Shown: piece by piece, positions 24,380 to 28,724 of the stretch | How the letters are laid out: every line of letters starts with the position of its first letter | Position numbering within the stretch: the first letter of the stretch is position 1 | IMG/VR virus record: IMGVR_UViG_647533234_000003 | Reading direction: 5' to 3' (one strand) | Source: an uncultured virus (IMG/VR IMGVR_UViG_647533234_000003) | Lineage: Duplodnaviria > Heunggongvirae > Uroviricota > Caudoviricetes | Length of the DNA: 28,724 nucleotides | The notes under the pieces: generated by a model | The model's input: only the letters and a program-made list of their open reading frames with translations | What the model was told of the DNA's origin: nothing | The model's database searches: none | Program-made: the position numbers and the translations under genes

Positions 24380-25518
24380 CGGCCCTGCTTCCGGACGTGG
24401 GTGAGGAAGGCCCGCAGCTCGGCGACCGTGGCCGCGCCCGGGGCGCGGCCGTGCTCCGAGACGAACCGCTGCTCCACCTCGGTGGTGGTCCAGCCCAGCG
24501 GCCCGGCGGCGGCGATGATCTGGAACCACACGCCGTCGCGCTCGTCGTCGTCCTCGACGATCTCCGCCTCGGCGATCTCCTCGGCGGGCGCCTCGTCCTC
24601 GAACTCGGGGGCGGGCTCTTCACCTGGCTGTGGGGGCTCCTCCCCGGCGGTGTCCTGTGCCTCGGTCGCGGCGAGCGTGGAGCCCCGCGCGCTGAGCAGC
24701 TTTTCCAGGTCGGGGTCCATGTGCCCGGCGCGGACCGCCTGGCGCCACAGCTCGCCCACCTCGGCGCTGGTGGTGGCGACGGAGGCGAGCGCGGCGTAGT
24801 CCGGGCGCCCGCTGGTGATCGCAACGCGCTCCGGCCCGGCCGGGACCGCTCCGGCGCCGAGCGTGACCTGCCCGGTCATCAGTGCGATCGGGGTCACGGT
24901 GACGTCCAGCGTGGGGACCATGAACCGCGCGGGCCCCTCCTCGCGCATGACCAGCTTCTCTTCCATGCCGAGCCAGCCGTCCACGTACCCGCCGGTCTTG
25001 GACAGCAGCTCGGCGGCGGGGGGGAGGGTGATCCCGGCGTAGTAGCCCTTCGAGACGAGGAGCCACTGCCCCAAGGCGGGTACGTCGCGCAACATGACGT
25101 TCACGCGGGTCGTGATCTTGCACTCGCGGTCTTCGGGGTCGCACAGGCACTTGCGGTCGCGCTTGTGCTCCGTCACGCCGTCGCACCTTCGCTGGCACTT
25201 CGACCCGGACCACATCTCGTACCACTGCGACACGGCGTCGCGCGGCGGGATGAGCACGGGCAGCCGGTCGGTGGTCGAGTACACCTCGTACTCGCTCGGC
25301 CCGCCGTTCGCGGGCGTCCACGGCTGGACTTCACCGCCGTACAGGTCGGCGACATCGGCCAGGATCTCCCGCGAGGGGGAAGTGAAGCGGAAGCGGTTCA
25401 GCTTCGCGGGGCGCGTGAGCGGCTTCCCGTCGCGGCGAGTGCGGCCCGTCTGGACGACGTGACCGATACGGATCTCGCCGAGCTGCCGGACGCGCTGCTG
25501 GAGGTCAAGGATCGGCAT
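24376..25518 (-). CDS. Gp3-like ('recombination directionality factor-like') phage recombination protein
   Basis: 'LGEIRIG...[12 protein letters not shown]...LYGGEVQPW...CQRRCDG...CLC...[11 protein letters not shown]...LGQW' with an acidic C-tail; coupled to the exonuclease. Confidence 0.75.
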   Translation of the reverse strand: MPILDLQQRVRQLGEIRIGHVVQTGRTRRDGKPLTRPAKLNRFRFTSPSREILADVADLYGGEVQPWTPANGGPSEYEVYSTTDRLPVLIPPRDAVSQWYEMWSGSKCQRRCDGVTEHKRDRKCLCDPEDRECKITTRVNVMLRDVPALGQWLLVSKGYYAGITLPPAAELLSKTGGYVDGWLGMEEKLVMREEGPARFMVPTLDVTVTPIALMTGQVTLGAGAVPAGPERVAITSGRPDYAALASVATTSAEVGELWRQAVRAGHMDPDLEKLLSARGSTLAATEAQDTAGEEPPQPGEEPAPEFEDEAPAEEIAEAEIVEDDDERDGVWFQIIAAAGPLGWTTTEVEQRFVSEHGRAPGAATVAELRAFLTHVRKQGR

Positions 25519-26483
25519 CAGACTGCCACCTCTTCGTGAGTGGGGACGGTGTCGCTTACGGGTGCGGACAGAGTGAGGGCGTCGCCGATGACGTGCTTGG
25601 ACAGGCCGGACGCCCAGTCGGCGGCCTGCTGCATCACGCGGAAAGCCGCGTACACCTCGTCACCGACGTCCACGGGGATCAGCCGGTAGCCCTCGGGGCG
25701 CAGGTGAAGTGCGACCCCGTACGGGGCGACGCGCGGCATCGGGACGGTCGACCCGTCGCGCAGCCACGCGATCGTGGCGCGGCGGTACGCGCCCATCTGG
25801 AGCGACGCCTCCGGGTAGACGCCCTTGACGTCCAGCTCGCCGCCCGTTTTCGTGTCCCCGGCGAGCACCGCATCGGGCGCGATCTCCACGCCGTACCGGG
25901 CGGAGAGCGCGGCGGCGATCTTCGGGGAGCGCAGGAGGTAGTCGAGCGTGCCCGCCCACCCGTCCTCCGGGTTGCCGACGACCATCTCGGACGCCTCGAA
26001 CGTCACGTCCCACTCGTCGACGAACCGCAGGAAGTGCGTCAGGAACGGCGACAAGTCGTCGTCCTCCAGCAGCTCTTCGGGTACGGGGGCGCCGAGCACG
26101 TGCGCCTCTACGAGCTTGTGCACGGCCGACCCGACGTCCCCGCGCTCGTCCTTCTTCCGGACGTGGGTGCGGCGCAGCCAGTCGTACGCCTCCGAGCGGG
26201 TCTCCTCGCGCAGGGAGCTGGAGACGAGGTACGGGAGCCGGTCCATCGCGGTCTCGGCGGTCAGGTTGGCGGCCCAGTAGGTCAGGGCGTCGCCCTTGGC
26301 GCAGCCCTTCTCCAGGATCGTGGTGACGCGCCGGTACTTCTCGCCGGTCACCGGGTCGCGGTACCAGCCCCGGGACGGCTTCGGGATACGGTCCGCGCCG
26401 GTGGGCGTGGGGGCGGCGGCCTTGCGGCGCCGCCCGGCGGCCGGGGCCGTGGTGGCCCCGGCACGCTGGGTGGTGGTGGTCAT
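25518..26483 (-). CDS. PD-(D/E)XK exonuclease (RecE/Cas4-like phage recombination nuclease)
   Basis: 'RVTTIL', 'GSAVHKLVE', 'ASE', 'WAGTLD', 'GDTKTG', 'LQMGAY'. Confidence 0.85.
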   Translation of the reverse strand: MTTTTQRAGATTAPAAGRRRKAAAPTPTGADRIPKPSRGWYRDPVTGEKYRRVTTILEKGCAKGDALTYWAANLTAETAMDRLPYLVSSSLREETRSEAYDWLRRTHVRKKDERGDVGSAVHKLVEAHVLGAPVPEELLEDDDLSPFLTHFLRFVDEWDVTFEASEMVVGNPEDGWAGTLDYLLRSPKIAAALSARYGVEIAPDAVLAGDTKTGGELDVKGVYPEASLQMGAYRRATIAWLRDGSTVPMPRVAPYGVALHLRPEGYRLIPVDVGDEVYAAFRVMQQAADWASGLSKHVIGDALTLSAPVSDTVPTHEEVAV

Positions 26484-26659
26484 CAGGCGTCGGCCTCCGG
26501 GGTGTACGCGGCCTCGGTGGGCGCGTCGAGGGCGCGGAGCGTGAGGCAGGGCCAGCGCTCGCCGTCGTGCTTGCAGTGCGGCGAGTCCGGATACCGCGTG
26601 TGCCGCCCGCGCAGCTCGGCAAGGAGCCGCTCGGCCTCGGGGTGCTCGGGTCCGGTCAT
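26483..26659 (-). CDS. Small hypothetical protein
   Basis: 'H...CKHDGERWPCLT'; coupled at both ends. Confidence 0.65.
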   Translation of the reverse strand: MTGPEHPEAERLLAELRGRHTRYPDSPHCKHDGERWPCLTLRALDAPTEAAYTPEADA

Positions 26660-27018
26660 CGTGAACTCTCCGTACGGGTGTAGTGCCTGCGGCTGGGGGC
26701 CTCGTGGAGCGTGAGATGCCCGGCCCGGGAAAGGGCGGCGAAGTCGGCGCGGATGGTGGCGCGCTGGAGGCCGGGGAGCCCAAGACGGCTGTACTCGCGG
26801 GCGGCGCGGCGCGGCGTCCACTCGCCGCCCTTGCTGCGGATCGTGGCGAGGAGCAGCGCGCGGCGCTCGGCCGTGGACGGCTCCTCACCGAGACCGGGCG
26901 GGGTGCAGAGCATCCCGGCGCGGTCGAGCGCGACCGCAATCCCGAAGGGGGTGCGCCCGGTCTTCAGTGCTTCATGAATCACGGCGGCAGCCGCGTCCTT
27001 GGCGAAGCTCATGCTCAT
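26656..27018 (-). CDS. Hypothetical protein, winged-helix-like C-terminus
   Basis: 'LLATIRSKGGEWT...TIRADFAALSRAGHLTLHE'. Confidence 0.65.
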   Translation of the reverse strand: MSMSFAKDAAAAVIHEALKTGRTPFGIAVALDRAGMLCTPPGLGEEPSTAERRALLLATIRSKGGEWTPRRAAREYSRLGLPGLQRATIRADFAALSRAGHLTLHEAPSRRHYTRTESSR

Positions 27019-27146
27019 CGGTCATCCCCCTTCCGAGCGGCAGGCAGTGCGGTGACGAGGACCCGGCGGATGCGGGCACCGGCCGGGTGCCGCAGCCGCG
27101 CGCAGTGCGGGCAAGTACGAGGGTCGTGCTGGGCGGTGTCGCTCAC
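27015..27146 (-). CDS. 43-aa CxxC peptide (not in ORF track)
   Basis: GTGA overlap at the start and ATGA overlap at the end; MSDTAQHDPRTCPHCARLRHPAG... Confidence 0.6.
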   Translation of the reverse strand: MSDTAQHDPRTCPHCARLRHPAGARIRRVLVTALPAARKGDDR

Positions 27147-27532
27147 GCCGCCACCTCGCTCTCCGTCTGCGTGCCCGGGATCGGCCGGGGCGTCGCGATC
27201 TCGATCTCGGCCAGGCGGTCGATCAGGCGGTGGACGGCGACGCCGTGGAGAGGCAGGGAGCCGTCGTCAGCGATCTCCGCAATCAGCTTGTCGAGCCGGT
27301 CGTCCAGCTCATGACGAGCGTGCGAGTCCCGGCCCTCGCGGGCGGCCTGCGATTCGAGCGCGGCCAGGTCGGCCAACTCTTCGGCGAAGCCCTCGGGGTC
27401 CTCGGCGGCGGTTTGCGCGAGGCCGCGCAGCACGGCGCCGAGGTAGTGGGTGACGTCGAGCCGGGCACCGGTCGGCGTCTCATGCACGTAGATGCGGAAC
27501 GGGCCGGTGACGGCGGGAGACGTCGGCTTCAT
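27143..27532 (-). CDS. Hypothetical protein
   Basis: TAATG overlap with GGAGG RBS; MKPTSPAVTGPFRIYV... Confidence 0.65.
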   Translation of the reverse strand: MKPTSPAVTGPFRIYVHETPTGARLDVTHYLGAVLRGLAQTAAEDPEGFAEELADLAALESQAAREGRDSHARHELDDRLDKLIAEIADDGSLPLHGVAVHRLIDRLAEIEIATPRPIPGTQTESEVAA

Positions 27533-28137
27533 TACGCGGCCCTCCGCAGGTCGTTGCTCTGGCCGGTGAAGCGGACGGTGACGGGCCCGACCCGGCCGCT
27601 GGCGGTGAGAAGCGGCCCGTCTTCGGCGTCCTCCGACAGCGACAGGACCCGGTACCACCAGTCCCACGCTTCGTCACTCAAGGGGTGGGCGACGACGGCC
27701 AGCTCGGTCGGGCTGACGACCTCGGTCGACACGAGTCCGCGCGCCTGCCACGCCCCGCGCAGCAATGCGTCGACCCGCGCGGCGGGGGACTTCGAGGTCG
27801 CGATCTGTACCTCTGCGGCGATGTCGTGCACGGCCTGCGAGCAGACCGGCACGGACACCCGTACGGGGATCGCGGCGCCGTCGCCGCGCATGATGATGGT
27901 GGCCAGCGTCCACAGCTCGACGCCCGCGTCCGTCGCGGTCGTGGTGATGAGGCCGCCCCGCTCGTGGAGCCAGGGGAGCAGGTCATCGGCGCGGGCGACG
28001 CTCACGTACACGCCGTCGGGCGTCACCGTGGCTTCGGCTGCGGTGAGACCGAAGGTCTCCACCGCGTACTCGAAGGCTTGTTCGTTCTGCCGCCGGGCGG
28101 CGTACCGGCCGGCGAAGTCGTGGCTAGTCTGTGTCAC
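27532..28137 (-). CDS. Hypothetical protein
   Basis: 201 aa; GAGGAAG RBS; GTG start. Confidence 0.65.
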   Translation of the reverse strand: MTQTSHDFAGRYAARRQNEQAFEYAVETFGLTAAEATVTPDGVYVSVARADDLLPWLHERGGLITTTATDAGVELWTLATIIMRGDGAAIPVRVSVPVCSQAVHDIAAEVQIATSKSPAARVDALLRGAWQARGLVSTEVVSPTELAVVAHPLSDEAWDWWYRVLSLSEDAEDGPLLTASGRVGPVTVRFTGQSNDLRRAA

Positions 28138-28224
28138 GACGCTTCCTCTCTTCGGTGCAGTTGGGTGGGTGGCGTCACAGGGGCTGTCACGGACCGGCCA
28201 GGGTCCAGGCAGCCCCGCTTTGTG

Positions 28225-28428
28225 TCAGGCGGCGTCCGTAAGGGCGACGGGCGCGGGCCGCTTGCGGCGGATCGGGCGGGCCGGGGCCTGGAGCGGTGTC
28301 GGCGCGAGGATGCGGCGGAGCGCGATGATCACTTCCTCGGGCGGGGCCGGGGCGGCGTCGACGCGCGCGGCGATCTCCTCCACCACGGCATCCCCGAGAA
28401 GCGCGCGGCGACGCTCGGCCGGGGTCAC
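28225..28428 (-). CDS. Small hypothetical protein
   Basis: 67 aa; GTGA-coupled to the HTH gene. Confidence 0.6.
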   Translation of the reverse strand: MTPAERRRALLGDAVVEEIAARVDAAPAPPEEVIIALRRILAPTPLQAPARPIRRKRPAPVALTDAA

Positions 28429-28724
28429 GCGGCGATCCGCGCGACCGAGGTGGACACGGATTCCTCGGACACGGACCGGCCCAGCGGCTCCCAGAGGACC
28501 AATTCGTCGACGCCGAGTCGCCGTGCGATCGCGACCGCGACGGTGCGCGATGCGGTGGAGCGCTCGCCGGTCCGCAGGAAACCGATCGCGGCCGGGTGGA
28601 CGCCCGCTTCGCGCGCCAGCTCGCGGACGCTGATCTCGCGTCCGGTGCCGGTACGGGACATCAGGCGCCGCAGCAACTCCGGGTCTACCAGGCGCATTCG
28701 GGTGGGGGGTGTGAGAGAGGGCAC
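28425..28724 (-). CDS. XRE/Cro-like HTH regulator
   Basis: 'ISVRELAREAGVHPAAIGFLRTGER...AIARRLGV'; heads the early operon; start is at the window edge. Confidence 0.85.
   Translation of the reverse strand: MPSLTPPTRMRLVDPELLRRLMSRTGTGREISVRELAREAGVHPAAIGFLRTGERSTASRTVAVAIARRLGVDELVLWEPLGRSVSEESVSTSVARIAA

Larger units (their letters stand above)
1339..28724. mobile_element. Part of a prophage or phage-plasmid-like element (early, replication and accessory regions); boundaries not visible
   Basis: Lambdoid-like order of cro-like HTH, exonuclease, recombinase, resolvase, initiator and loader, with dense coupled small ORFs. No att site, integrase or virion gene is in the window. Confidence 0.8.

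Noticed and set aside
25518..26483. Cas4 / CRISPR system
   Set aside because: No Fe-S cysteine cluster, no other cas genes and no repeat-spacer array; the context is phage recombination.
7500..28700. Long plus-strand ORFs (e.g. 9663-10769, 24397-25539, 25536-26714, 27230-28633) and Arg/Pro-rich alternative frames
   Set aside because: Antisense or off-frame shadows of real high-GC minus-strand genes; no motifs or RBS support.

Overview
High-GC actinobacterial (Streptomyces-like) DNA. Most of the window is the early, recombination and replication arm of a prophage or phage-plasmid-like element. A long, translationally coupled minus-strand operon runs from about 28.7 kb down to about 7.4 kb. 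In order it encodes a Cro/XRE HTH, a PD-(D/E)XK exonuclease, a Gp3-like recombination protein, an HNH endonuclease, a DEDDh exonuclease, RusA, an apparently catalytically dead RuvC, a TerD-like protein, two initiator-like proteins with an internal iteron-like ori, a helicase-loader-like protein, many small Zn-finger or hypothetical genes and an RLIG1/DUF5565-like RNA ligase. The left end holds a 5'-truncated Ro60/TROVE gene, a lower-GC vapBC module with an oversized antitoxin, and a small plus-strand operon. The most striking non-coding signal is four dispersed AT-rich promoters (~2.9, 7.2, 12.25, 14.73 kb). They share one 53-bp operator architecture, TGCCTA-N12-TGCCTA-N5-TAGGCA-N12-TAGGCA, whose central 17-bp palindrome fills the -35/-10 spacer, pointing to an element-encoded repressor regulon over accessory genes. 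No integrase, virion genes, tRNA, rRNA or CRISPR array were seen. All family assignments are by eye from motifs; no database search was run.
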